Shown here piece by piece: positions 49,887-62,630 of a stretch of 64,000 nucleotides of DNA (positions within the stretch are counted from its first letter, which is position 1; each line of letters opens with the position of its first letter). A program made the position numbers and the translations under genes. The notes beneath the pieces are model-generated. The model saw only the letters and a program-made list of their open reading frames with translations, made no database searches and was not told the origin of the DNA. This DNA is from Salpingoeca rosetta. Its lineage: Eukaryota > Protista > Choanoflagellata. The stretch is from contig JAWQFM010000014.1 of assembly GCA_033442325.1 (NCBI GenBank), forward strand, positions 1,630,721-1,694,720, given 5' to 3'.

Positions 49887-52101
49887 GACCTGTTGGTTGA
49901 TGTCTGTATTGTCCTGCTCGATGAGGGACGTGACAGCGGGAGCGTCGCCATCCCTGCAGGCGGCAAACAGTTGCTCATGCTGCCGCTTCTTCTCCGCGCG
50001 TGCTTCGTTAAAGGCGGTCTCGCCCTCATCGTCGCCACTCCTGTGATCTCACGCGACATTGGACGCAAGCACCACGCAGCGTGTGTGTGTGTGTGTGAGG
50101 TGAAGGCTAAAGCAGGGAGCAAACGACTAGAGTGGAAGCACATGTTGACTGACCAACTCCCTGTGTTGAGTTTTCGGTCGACGGGCAGCGCGGCACCAAA
50201 GGCGCGGGCGGTGGCGGTGGAGTTCTTCTCGATGCTGAACGAGGACACGTGGTGGTAGCGTGTGGTTGGGAACAAGCAGCAAGTGCGGTGTGTGCGTCAG
50301 GAGGGTTGGTGGTTAGGGTTGTGGAGAAATGCAAGCAAGCAGAGAGGAACACACAGTGTGGCGTGCACTCAAAGAGTGGTGATTGGTCACACAAATCCAC
50401 AACAGGACACAGGCGTTCATGAGGCAGGCGCAACGCAATCGACGTACTCAAGCCGAGACAGCGTGCGGTTTTGGTCCAGTGCGGCACCCAGCGCCGCACC
50501 GCCAACCGGGGTGATGGAGTTGTTATCCAAGCTGCAAGTGGCAAGAAATGCATGTTGGAAGAGCAGGGGAACGGGTGGGCAAGCAACAATTGTCAGTGTC
50601 ATGGATGAAAGTGGGTTGCAGATGGATCACGTGCACGTGTACTCGCTCGCACATCAGGTCCTACGACATTGAAGTCACAATGGCGGAAGCAAAGGGGGCA
50701 AATGCAAATTGCACAGGATGTCGCCCTATCCGCGTCGCTCCGCCCTCGACACAACACCTATGTATCCATAAACCTGGTCGCTTTGTAACACTTCGGGAAG
50801 TGAGGTATGCTCATGCCATGATAAGGCTACCATCGGAGAAATTCTTCGCCAACGCCACAGCGCCTCATCGCGGATGGAATTGTTGTACAGGCTGTCAAGA
50901 CGGTATGGTGGATGCCACACAGGGCGATGATGCCACATGGATGAGGAAGAGTGAGTGCGTGCGTGATGATGATTGTTGTGGGTGGCAACACAGTCATCAA
51001 CCACACATGTGCACGTGGTTAGGTGCAACGGCAGTGACGCAGCCCACATGTGTGTGTGCGTGTACACACTCACTAGAGTTCTTTGAGGGCCGTGTTGTGC
51101 TTCAACATCTCCGCCAACGCCACGGCGCCCTCAGGACCGATGGAATTGCCATACAGGCTGTCAAGAGGTATGATGCCACACAGGGCGATGATGCCACATG
51201 GGTGAGGAAGAGTGCGTGCGTGAGTGCGTGATGATGATTGCTGTGGGTGGCAACACAGTCGTTGAACCCCACCCCATCAACCACACATGTGCAAGTGATA
51301 AGGTGCAACCGCAGTGACGCAGCATACATGTGTGTGTGTGTGTGCGTGTCCACACTCACTTGAGTTCTTCGAGGGCCGTGTTGTGCTTCAGCATCTCCGC
51401 CAACGCCACAGCGCCCTCAGGGCCGATAGAGTTGCCTGCCAGGCTGTGCAGACACACACGAAACGCGGGGAGCGAAGGTGAACAGACGTCCAAACATGCG
51501 CCAGCAGGAGAGGAGAAAGGGGTGCAACACGCAACACCGCCACCCCAATCAACCATGCATGTCACACGATGCAGATTCATCATCACCACGCACTAGAGTC
51601 GTTTGAGGCAGGTGTTGTCCTTGAGCGCCTCTGCCACCGCACGCGCCCCAATGACGCCGAGGCCATCACCACCCAAGCTGTAATTCCAAATGGTGTGTGT
51701 CATGAAATGAGCAAGAAGACTGAGGATCGAGAGAGCAAAAACATGAGGGTGCCAGTCACAACCTGCCACAACCACACATAGTGTGTCCAGGCGGTGCGAG
51801 GGGACAGGACACGCACATGTGAACACCCAACAGCAAGCTACACCACGCTCATTGCAACACGAGGACAATCGAAGCAGAGAGAGAGGGGGGAGAATCAGCA
51901 CAAGCACAACCACAAGAGTCCTTGTGTCCAACACATGCATGTTCCAACATGTCGTTTTGGTTGCTTTTGCACTCACCTCACATAGTCCCCACACGTGTTG
52001 TTGGCGATGGCCCTGATCTCTTCCTTCACCCCATCCTTCACCTTCGTCTGCGCCAGCAACGCCTCCACCTCCCTCCTCGCTCTCTTCTCTTCGCCGAACA
52101 T
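45323..52101 (-). CDS. Roco-family protein LRR-ANK-Roc-COR-TIR-SAM (no kinase domain)
   Basis: ATG at 52101. RI-type LRR exons (LxxNxIGPEGAVALAEMLKHNTALxEL). Ankyrin repeats (GDTPLHVACRHNQPAVVELLLKKGAD). Roc motifs KLIFIGQGRAGKTS, FDLGGQSTFYIFHPFFL, PVLIVGTFAD. COR (LQFLHLYSMVLYY, YLVPAILP, FLPEGLFPMVL). TIR (YDAFISYR...FVDANNLETG...CDNVLLEW...IVPLF). SAM (LIQWLNRHSL...EHGIDTLEDL...LIEAGVKVGKAIKLL). Stop at 45323-45325. Confidence 0.9.
50846..50891 (-). pseudogene. Decayed LRR pseudo-exon
   Basis: Intact acceptor, then LYNNSIRDE followed by a 1-nt deletion (gaggcgct vs gagggcgct). Truncated after ~46 nt, with no matching donor. Confidence 0.75.
50846..51443 (-). repeat. Tandem duplication of LRR exon plus intron units (~270-290 bp)
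   Basis: Introns 50892-51073 and 51158-51359 are closely similar; exons 51074-51157 and 51360-51443 are near-identical. Confidence 0.9.
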
Positions 52102-53614
52102 GGCGGCGCGTCGTCTTTTCTCCTTGTGGCTTGTTGTGACGTGTTTGTGAGCGGCTGGCTGGAAGAAGACGACGACAAAATGGACGACAACAACTCAACG
52201 CGCTGCTTTGTTTTCCTTTGTGTTGTGTGTTGTTGTTGTTTGGCGACTCAGCCATTGGACGATTCGCAAAACCTTACAGAGGTTATCCGCAAAGCAGCGC
52301 TTCCGTGGAAGATGTTCGTCAACAATCTCTTCGAGCCCTCGTTGTCGACAGGAACACAACAAACAAACAGGATGAAGTGCGTCCAGCCAGCCAGCCGGCA
52401 AAAACTCGCTTGTCGCGCCGAAAGGAACAACAGCCGCGCCCTCCTCGCTTCTTTGGTCTTGCCTGGTTGGCACAACACACCAATGTCTGTAGCCACATCA
52501 ACACCACAAACATCACCGCCGCTCCACCATCACCACCGTCAAGCGGGTCTCATCATTTTCATCGAGCCATTTCCTGAGGAAAGAACAGGTCAGCCACACA
52601 ACCCACAAACAACGCCCCCAGCCCAACACACATCAACACACACACATCCACACACACAGCAGTGCCCATACGCAACAGGAAGCCAAGCCAACCAAACAAC
52701 AGCCAACCCCTCTGCACATCAAACAACACCCTCCAGTTACAAGCCAAAATCAAACCACACACAGCAGCAGCAGCAGCACACATCCACCAAACACACCAAG
52801 AACGTGTTCAGCCGTACACAGCGCCATACAATGAAAAGAACAGGCAAGCACAAGAAGGGCGTGACATAAGCAAGCAAGCAAGCAGGCAGGCGAGAGGGAG
52901 AGTGAAGGAAGGGAAGAACAGAACAGAAGAAGAGAAGAGAAGAAGAGGGAAGAGAGCAAGAAACGGAAACAAGAGGAATGCGACAGAGGAACCGACAGAC
53001 ATTCAGCCATTCGTTCAACTGGTGCACAAGTTGACACGACACATCACAACATGGCGACTATGCGGACGAGCTAAGTGCCTCAACAGCGCGCTGCACGCGG
53101 CGTGCACCTCCGGGGTCCTGCGTCAACTGCCCCAACACACCGTGGGCAGGCGAATCCTGCATGTTCTACGAGAGGAAACGACACGAGGGCGTGAGAATGA
53201 GGAGAGGAAGGAGGAGGAAGGAGGAGGGAGGAAGAGGGGGATGGGAAAGTACACGAAGTACACGACAGTCGCTTATATTCGAGGCAGCAAACACCCACAC
53301 ACCCACATCACATCAATCACACACAACACAACCCACGCACCATGAGGCTGTGTACATGCCCTGGCAGTGGGCCTTTCGACGGCGGCCGCGGGGGTGCCAA
53401 CACCTGCACAAACAAACGCCCGCACAATCTTCACCGGGCTCTCAGGCGCGGTCACGCGTGGATCTCGCCTACAGAAGCAACAACAAAAGGAAGGAGAGGG
53501 AGGTACAGGAAGCAATGGGGGAGGGGACGTGGGTCAGTCGGGAACAAGAACGACAGGCGGCAGAGCACACCACCGACACATGCAGCACGACCAGGCCATG
53601 CACACACACACATA

Positions 53615-53661
<47 letters not shown>

Positions 53662-53919
53662 ACAAAACACAGTCGTAGCGCTCACGCTTGGGGGACCTCG
53701 ACGAGGTATGTGAAGATGTTTGTTGTTTCATCGTCTTCTTCTGTGAGGAGCCGCCCGTCAAGATGATGCGTCATCTTCTTTGTTGTACAATGGTTGGTGG
53801 AGGATGGGTGGATGAGGTAGTGAAGAAGCAACGACGAGGAGGTGACAAGAGCAGCAAACCACCGCAGCAGGAGGACGACGAAGGAGTGTAGTACTGCATA
53901 CCACCCCATCACCACACAC

Positions 53920-53989
<70 letters not shown>

Positions 53990-54642
53990 CCCCAGCGTCT
54001 CACCTCGTGCCTTCTTTTCTCACACATTTGTGTGTGCGTGTATCGCCCTGCTCGTGTCATGAGGGCTTGGGAACAGAACGGCCACCGTCCTGTGCAAATC
54101 ACATGCATGTGCACATGCGCAAGCACAAAGAACCAAATTAGCACGAATCACACCACGCAGTGAGCCAGCATGGCAGAAACAAACCACATCCACCTCCTTT
54201 GTCACATTCACATCACCCACATCACCACCTGTGCACGCACATTCCAAACACAGATACACACCACCACCACCACCCCCACCACAAGCATCACACCTGCACA
54301 TGCGTGTGCGTACGCAAGTCCACATCCACCACAAATCAATCACCACCATCATCATCATTCATCGTCATGCGAGGGAACGGCACATCGACGCACATTACAC
54401 CCCCTGTACGTGTGCGTGTGGGGAAAGAAGTGAGTTGGACAGAAACAGGCTGTCAACTACAACAAAAACCCATTTGTCTCCACCAACAGACACAAAGACA
54501 TGCAAACCTACACATCACAAATCACACACCCCCGCGCGTGCGTGATGTTTGATACCCAACACATTGAAAGTCAACTCACGTCAGCGCCCACCACCATGTC
54601 ATTTTACTCTTCACTCTTGTTGCAGTCGCTGCTGTTTGGTGT

Positions 54643-54742
54643 NNNNNNNNNNNNNNNNNNNNNNNNNNNNNNNNNNNNNNNNNNNNNNNNNNNNNNNNNN
54701 NNNNNNNNNNNNNNNNNNNNNNNNNNNNNNNNNNNNNNNNNN
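54643..54742. other. Assembly gap (100 N)
   Basis: Run of N. Confidence 1.
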
Positions 54743-54861
<119 letters not shown>

Positions 54862-55078
54862 TCCCTTCCTTCCTGTGTGACCTTGCCTTGCTGCATGCCC
54901 GCATTTGGGAGTGAGGATGGCTGGATGCCTTCTGCCCGACAACAACGCGCGGTGCGGCTGCAGGGTGCACTTGGTTGCCAAGAAGACCCGAAGCAACAGA
55001 AACTGAAGAAGACAAGCAAGGACAACCAGGGTTGGCTTCGCGAAGCATGTGCACATCCAAAGGCACACAGACAGCCAC

Positions 55079-56294
55079 ATGCAACAGCCAGCGGCCTCAC
55101 CACAGCAGCAACAGAGAGCACAACCGCGCCAACTACACTCGCCAAGTGAGAGCCAGAAGGGACCTTGCCATCACAGCCGGTACGAGCAAGAACAGCGATC
55201 CCAACGCACAAGTGCTCTGGGCCAGCCCCCTCAAGCGACTGCCATGATCCGCTCGTACAAGCGGTTCAACGAGTTCCTCGACGGGAAGAAGGCACGCGAG
55301 GAGAGCCGTAAAGGAAAGCGTCTCTCCGGGTACAAGCTTCAAAGGCAACTCGGACAAGGCGCCTTTGCCAAGGTCGTTCAAGGCCGGCACTCCATGACTG
55401 GAGGTGAGCAAGACGATATGGCACACGCACACACGCGCGCGCAAAAGATACTGCCACAGACATAATACAAACACATGCACACACGTACGCACAGACACAA
55501 GTGAACCCCACAAATACAGCATACGTGCACAGACACATGCGCGCGCACATGCATACATAAACACGTACACACCCTCGCACGTGCACTCATGGCTACATGT
55601 GTTTGCGCTGTTCGTGTGCTGTATGTCACCACGAATTGTTGCAGATGATGTCGCGATCAAGCGGATCTTGAAGCCGTACTCCAACGATGCTGCCCGCACC
55701 ATCATGAATGAAATCTACCTCATGGCCAGGCTCAACCACCCAAACCTCGTCTTTCTCTACCAGGTGCGTGTGCATGCGGCCATGGTCTGATGTGTGCAAT
55801 TGTCGTGCGCTTCCTCTCACGACCGGACATCAACCCTTTGTTCTTCCTTGCTTTCCAGGTGGTGGACACGCCGGCAGAGACAGCGCTCGTGCTGGAGCTT
55901 GGCAAACTTGGCACCTTGAACGAGCATCTGGAAAGAGGTGAATATGCAAACAACACTACAGCACTGCCCAGCACCTGTACGCACGCCCTCCCAGCGAACG
56001 GCTCGCAAACACCTTCATTCGCACACACACACACGCACATATGCACACGCACACGTATATTTACACGCACACACGCACATTTATACTGACACACACACAC
56101 TCTCTCTCTCTCTATCAACATGCGTATACGTGCGTCGTCTTGGTTGTGTGCTGTTGCCAGGCATAGACGGTCCTCTAGTCACGAACATTCTCAGGCAAGT
56201 GATGGATGGCGTTCGACACATGCACACTCTTGGCATTGCTCACCGTGACATCAAGGCGGATAACGTGTTCATGGCCACCCCAACCAGACCGCTG

Positions 56295-56374
<80 letters not shown>

Positions 56375-56614
56375 CTGTGTGTGATTGCACGCCGTTTCAT
56401 CTCCGCCTGTCTGTCTGTGTGTCACTTCATCTATCCCTCTCTGCCTTGCTCATCTATGACAATGTGTACGTACATGCACCGCTTGAACGTTGCCTGCTTT
56501 CGTTTATCACCATCATATTCCGTGTCCTCACAACAAACATCGCACCATGCTCAGGGCGACGGCGCAGTGCCTGTGCACATGGCCACCAAATCAACACTCT
56601 GCACACTCATCTGA
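55079..56614 (+). CDS. CAMK-group Ser/Thr kinase, NIM1K-like; DFG and C-lobe exons not found
   Basis: GKRLSGYKLQRQLGQGAFAKV, VAIK, NEIYLMARLNHPNLV, LVLE, HRDIKADNVF. The kinase sequence ends at 56293 before DFG; start codon and last exon are tentative. Confidence 0.75.
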
Positions 56615-56867
56615 CCCACCCTTGACTTGGAATGCACCTTGCACTTGTGGCAATACACGCTCACGCACACTCACGCAAGCGCGTGAGCACATGCAATACA
56701 GCGCGTGCCTCTCTCGTCCGACTGCACACACGTGCAAGCGACCGACAAGAATAAACAATCCCAGCACGTCACAGCAGACCACATCGTCACAGCTGTCATC
56801 ACCTGCCCATACGCAACAACACAGCCACACACACGCACACTGCGCAGCACACGCACACGCGCGTCTA

Positions 56868-58844
56868 TTAAGCAAACGCCCGACACCGCACCGCGAGATC
56901 GTATTCAAATTGCGCGGCAGGCGCCCGCTGTTGCTGCTGTGGAGGCATTCCGCTGAGCATCATTTGATTGTGGTGGTCGTCGTGATGGGATAGCAGGCTC
57001 ATGCCGTCATTGAGGGAAGGTGTGGTGGAGGAGATGTGTGAGGTCTGAAGTCGCTTCGTGTCCGCTGTTGTAAACGTCTCGGCCCTGTTGAACACAAACC
57101 ACGGCTGCTGCACGCGTCCTGCAGGAGGGAAGACGACGGACACAACGCATTGTCCATGAATGTTCGTCGATCAGAGGCACTGAAATGACAACGCCTAGAT
57201 CACTTGCCCTCACTCGAGTTCACTCACGCACAGACATATGACACGTACAACAAACACACACATAGATCATACACATACACACTTACACACACATACGCAC
57301 ACTTCGTTCACGCATATACACGCACACACGAACACGCGCGAACCAAAAAAAGACAGACCTGGGTTGACGGCTGCGTCCTCTGCATATGCGTACGGCGCTG
57401 GGTGGCGAACGAGGTCGGATATGAGCCAGGCCCGGCGCCCTTCATGAAACCAAAGATACAGGCCGTTGTCGCGGTGGCGATAGACGGGCCTCGACGCGCT
57501 CACCTCGTCGACTTGTCGGTCGTATACGCCATTGATCTAACCATGATGGGTGTGGTGACGTTGATTGTGATGATGCGAATGCCATGGTAGTGGTGGTGGC
57601 GGTGATGCAGGAGTAGTGTCAAGGGACAATGAGATGTCCAGTGAGAAACAACGTAATCGCTGGGCCTGCACGTGCTGGTGACAACTCGTTTTGTGTTTGG
57701 TGCAGCCCATGGCCGCACGCGTACACCCACGCACCTTTGCAAACGGCCTACGAGGATGTCTGCCACCAACAACAACAGCATCTGGAAGCGAAGCCAGGGC
57801 TGTGCTGGTCTCTCGCTGGGACGGCAGCGTGGCGGGCTGGTGCTTGATGGTCGTTGCCTTGCACATACCTTCAGCTTTCGGCAGCAACCAGTACCACTTT
57901 GGGCCTGCCACGTCTCCTCCCAGCACGTGCCGAAGGCCCATCGATAAGCAGCCAGCACATCCTGTATCTGCGCCACGGATAAGCAGACATGTTAACAAAC
58001 ACACAGACATGTGAGTACACTCATGCAGCGCGCTCACACAAATGAGATTGTGTGCTTGGGAAGACAAGAGCGACAATTCCTCTTCTTTGTTGTATGAACG
58101 TCAGCAACGCTTCACGAGATGAGGAGATTCATGCATCCTCTGTGATGTGATGGGATTGGCACTGCTGCTTCTGTTCTTATGTGGGTTCTTCTCTCATGCG
58201 CACGTGTGCGTGCAAGCATACGCACCGTCTTGGTCGATGGGAGCGCTGCAGACGACGGCGACATGCAGTCGAAACTGTGCAGCGTGCAGCCACAGGTCCT
58301 GCAGGTCAAACACAAACTCCTGCCAACGAACGCGTGAAATCAGGCGCGTAGGTGAGCGAACAGTGTACACACTTCTTTCGCCAACAAATGTAGAGCACGA
58401 ACACGCATGTGAAGTACATGAGTGGACACCCACGTCATGTGGTTGTCTTGCTTTGATGCAAGGGCTTCTTCACGCGCACTCGCACCGCACGCGTACCTCA
58501 TCGATGACTGGGTTGAGAGTGGAGCGGTGATGCTTGGATTGATGCTGCAGCATCATCGCTGGCTCTGATTGTTGATGCTGTCGTTGTGAGCTGCTGGTTG
58601 TTGCGGGAAATGGCGCGAAGAAGGCGCTGTCCAGCTGCTGCCGAGAAGTGGTTGCTGGCGCCACACACAAGCGCACGTTGAAATCTGTTTCAAAGTCCTC
58701 GCTCATGAGCGCGACCAGCTCCCGACACGCTCGGACATGGCAGAACAGGCGCCGTGATAAAGGCTCAACCTCAAACCCGAGCAAGATGCGGCCACATCGC
58801 AGCGCACCAGGCTTCACCGTCTCGTAACGCATTCGCCTCGACAT
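56868..58844 (-). CDS. C2-domain protein (RGS3/PKC-type C2) with an uncharacterised aromatic-rich C-terminal domain
   Basis: Five in-phase exons: GRILLGFEV...LFCHVRACRELV...STLNPVIDE|EFVFDL...LHVAV|GCLSMGLRHVL...WYWLLP, then VVVGG...|INGVY...RPVYRH...LYLWF...WLIS...AYAEDAAVNP|GRVQQPWFVF. Confidence 0.7.
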
Positions 58845-59212
58845 GGGTGGTGTATGTGTGTGTCTGTGTGTGTCTGTGTGTGTCTGTGTGTGTCTGTGTG
58901 TGTTTGTGTATGTGTGTGTGCGAGCACTTTTTGTACAGTTGCTACTGTTGCTGTTGTGCTCTCACTGGCGCCTGTTATTGTTGCTGTTGTTGTCGTTGTT
59001 GTCGTTGTTGTCGTTGTTGTTGTTGTTGCTGTTTGTTGTTGTTGTTTGTTCGTGGGTTGTACTGGGTGGCTTTGTTTCGTACGGGTGCTGATAGTTTGCG
59101 GATATCATTGGTGATTCATCGATACATCGCTGCCACACCCTCTGCCTCAACCCCTCAATTTTCGCCGCCGCCACAACAACACACACCTCCACACACACCT
59201 CCACACACACCT

Positions 59213-59370
<158 letters not shown>

Positions 59371-59463
59371 GATGATGGCAGGCGACGGCTTGTCGGTGCG
59401 CTTTGCCCGCCCTTTTGCTGGTGTGTGTTGTGGGGAGCAACCCCCTCACATGGGCCTGGCTGG

Positions 59464-59563
59464 NNNNNNNNNNNNNNNNNNNNNNNNNNNNNNNNNNNNN
59501 NNNNNNNNNNNNNNNNNNNNNNNNNNNNNNNNNNNNNNNNNNNNNNNNNNNNNNNNNNNNNNN
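59464..59563. other. Assembly gap (100 N)
   Basis: Run of N. Confidence 1.
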
Positions 59564-60138
59564 GCGGGCTTGACCCGTCCTTCCATCCTGCAAACTGCTC
59601 TGTGGATGTGTATGACCCTGACGGCGTCGACGCAGACATGCTGTCGGAGGTGGCCGTTGGCACGTCAGACCGCACCACGCGCGATGATGCTGGGCAGGGC
59701 AGCCATTCCACCACTGCTAACACGGCTGCATCGGAGACACGTGCGGGTGGCGTGAAGGCTGAAGAGCCGGACCCAGACAGCAGCGCCAACAGCCGAGGAG
59801 GAAGAAGCGTATCTGGGGCATCGTCACAGTCGCAGCCGGATGCAAATGTGAAGACAGAGCCGCCAACGCCCTCCGAGAACCCATTGCCTGCCGACACGAT
59901 CCCGGCTGCAGCCACGGTGGTGAAGAAGGAAGGGGAGGGCAACGATTTGGTGCTTGTTATCAAGGAAGAGAGCAGCGCCAACAACAGCAACAACAGCAAC
60001 AACAGCGCCGCTGACAACACCGGCACCAACATGCAAACGGATGGTGAACATGGTGATGGTGATGACATCAAGGAGGAAGGGAACGATGTGGGAGGTGGTG
60101 CGGAAGGTGACCATCCAAAGAAGAGGGCAAAGAGATAG
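59564..60138 (+). CDS. C-terminal exon of a hypothetical acidic low-complexity protein ending in an NLS-like PKKRAKR
   Basis: Open frame from the gap to TAG at 60138 with coding-like composition. Several VKxE/IKxE (SUMO-consensus-like) motifs; no recognisable domain. Confidence 0.55.
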
Positions 60139-60674
60139 ACGACGTGTGTTGTTGTTGCAGAGGTGACCTTGCGGCGGAATGCTCCCTTTCGCTGTTTGTT
60201 TGTGTGATTGGAGCTGTTACTGCTGATGAGATGGTGGTGCGTGCACAGTGGTGCTTGCAGACGGAGATATGTTGACCACAGACAGCGGTGCCATGTGTTC
60301 ATGTGCCTTGCTTGATTCAGGAAGGGTGTTGTGACTGCTTTGCGTTTTGTTGTTATTTTGTATGTGAGGGTTGAATGTGCTCACAAAGCATCGTTGTTGT
60401 GGGTGATTTGACCTAAGCGATTGCATTGTAATTCTTCTTCGCTCGTTCATTCACCTTGCAGTTTGTTTATCTGCGTTACCTGTGCTGTTTGATTCATTCA
60501 TTTCCTTTTCTTCGGTTACGGTTACTCGTCAAAGCGCTCTGTGCATAACATAATGACACCCCTCTTGTTCATACACGCAAAACGTGCATGTGGCGAGGCA
60601 GTGCAGGAAGTAAGCGAGTTGGTGACAAAAACATGCAACCCTGGAACAACGGTAATGTTGTTGTCATGGTGGCG

Positions 60675-61032
60675 TCACACAAGGCCAAATCCTTGCGCGT
60701 TGTCGATGGCCGTTTGAACGCTTGTAGATGAAAGAGAGAGGATCGGGCGAGTGAGTGTTCAAAGGATGAAGAACGAGTTGCGCGGAAAGAACAAAAGTCG
60801 CACACAGACGAAGACACACGCACACACACACACAGACGAAGACAAACACACACACATACGCACGCACACGGGCTCACCGCTGTCTCAGCAGCTCTTCTGT
60901 CGGGTACGCGGGAAGGACGAGGCGGTTGAAACACGTCATTGCCGTTGGCAGCCGGCTGTGGAGCGAAAAGGATTGAATCAATCGTGAGTGACGTGGTGTA
61001 GCGAGCAAAATGCGGGCAAGGGCCATGCGCGG

Positions 61033-61111
<79 letters not shown>

Positions 61112-62590
61112 CGTGCGTGTAATGCATATTCACATTCACACGCCCACGTGTGCGCATCTTTGCACCTGAAATTTGTGTGCTCTGCACGTTGAATGGTAAA
61201 ATGTAGCGACTGCAGTCCACCAAGTGGGACTCGCGCGGAGCCTGTGCGCATATACATGTGTTTGTGCAAGTGTGTTGTGTTAGAGCGTTGCTCCCTCGCA
61301 GGCTGGTTCAACCATGAAACACCATTGTCTACAAATCATGTTCACGCACACACACACACACACTCATACACGCACACACCTGAAACGAAGAGGAGGAAGT
61401 TTCGCTTCCCTTCGTCGTCCAAACTGTCAAGGAACCGCCACAGGTGCTGGATTGTGTCGTCCGACTCTGTACGTGTGCACCATGGTGTGCAAATCATGCT
61501 TGTGAACGTCGTGAGCACGGGCCAATGTACGAACAGGAAAAAAACAAAACAAAACAGACAACCTTGCTGCAACAACAGGCAATCAAGCTGGCTGACTGAA
61601 GCGAATTCATTTGCGTTCCAAATCAACCAGCGTTCATGGCACGCGTGTGAGCTCACGGCCGCACCTTCGTAGCCGATGTACGCAGCGGATGGCTTCATCG
61701 TGCTCAAGTCAATGTCATCCCTTCAAATGCGCCGTGGTGGCGAGAAACACGCACGTGGTGAACCCAAGACGACGCTGATGATACGCAACACAACAAAGCA
61801 GATGCAAGCACAGGCAGACAAGAGCAGAGCTACACGCACATGGACACATACGCAAACACACGTACATACGCACGTAAACGAGCGCATGTGCACACCTGCC
61901 GCAGATCATGACTTGGAGCTCTGCTGGTGTGCAGAGGTTGACGGCCCACCCGGCCATCACCGCCATGAACCCGTTGCGAATCGCTCCCATTTGCTGCGCA
62001 CCAAGAAGCAACCACAACCAAGCTCGAGCATGAGTGTGGAGACACAGCGGCTGGTGTGCAAGGTGCTGCGTGTGCGAATGTCTGATGCGCTGCAGTCCCA
62101 GCCGTACCTGTTCCATGCTCTTGTGCAGCACAAACTCGATGTAGTCCTTGACGTACTGCTGTCGCGTCTCGTTTGTGACAACAATGTCGTTTCCGCCCTC
62201 GATCAGCGGCTGCTCAATGGCCTCCCCCAGGTACCTTTGGCACATAAGTGCGATGAGAAGACAAGAAGACAAGTGCGTGTGTATATATGTGTGTGTATGT
62301 GTGTATGTATGTGTGGGTGTGTGTGTGTTGAAGGCGATGCAGGTCGTGTTGCCCAGTGTTCACTCAATGTTCAGTTCCACGTACATGTCGGAGACGGAGT
62401 ATGTGCTGCAGATGTCCGTTTCAACATCGCCCGGGTACTCCAGCAGCTGGCGCGAGCAGCACGGAGAGGGGGCGGGGCATGGCCGGTGAGGCAGAGCCAG
62501 GAAAGCGTGGTGAGTCTATTCGCACACGTACACACACACGCACACACGCACACACACACACGCACACACACGTACACACACACACGACAC

Positions 62591-62630
<40 letters not shown>

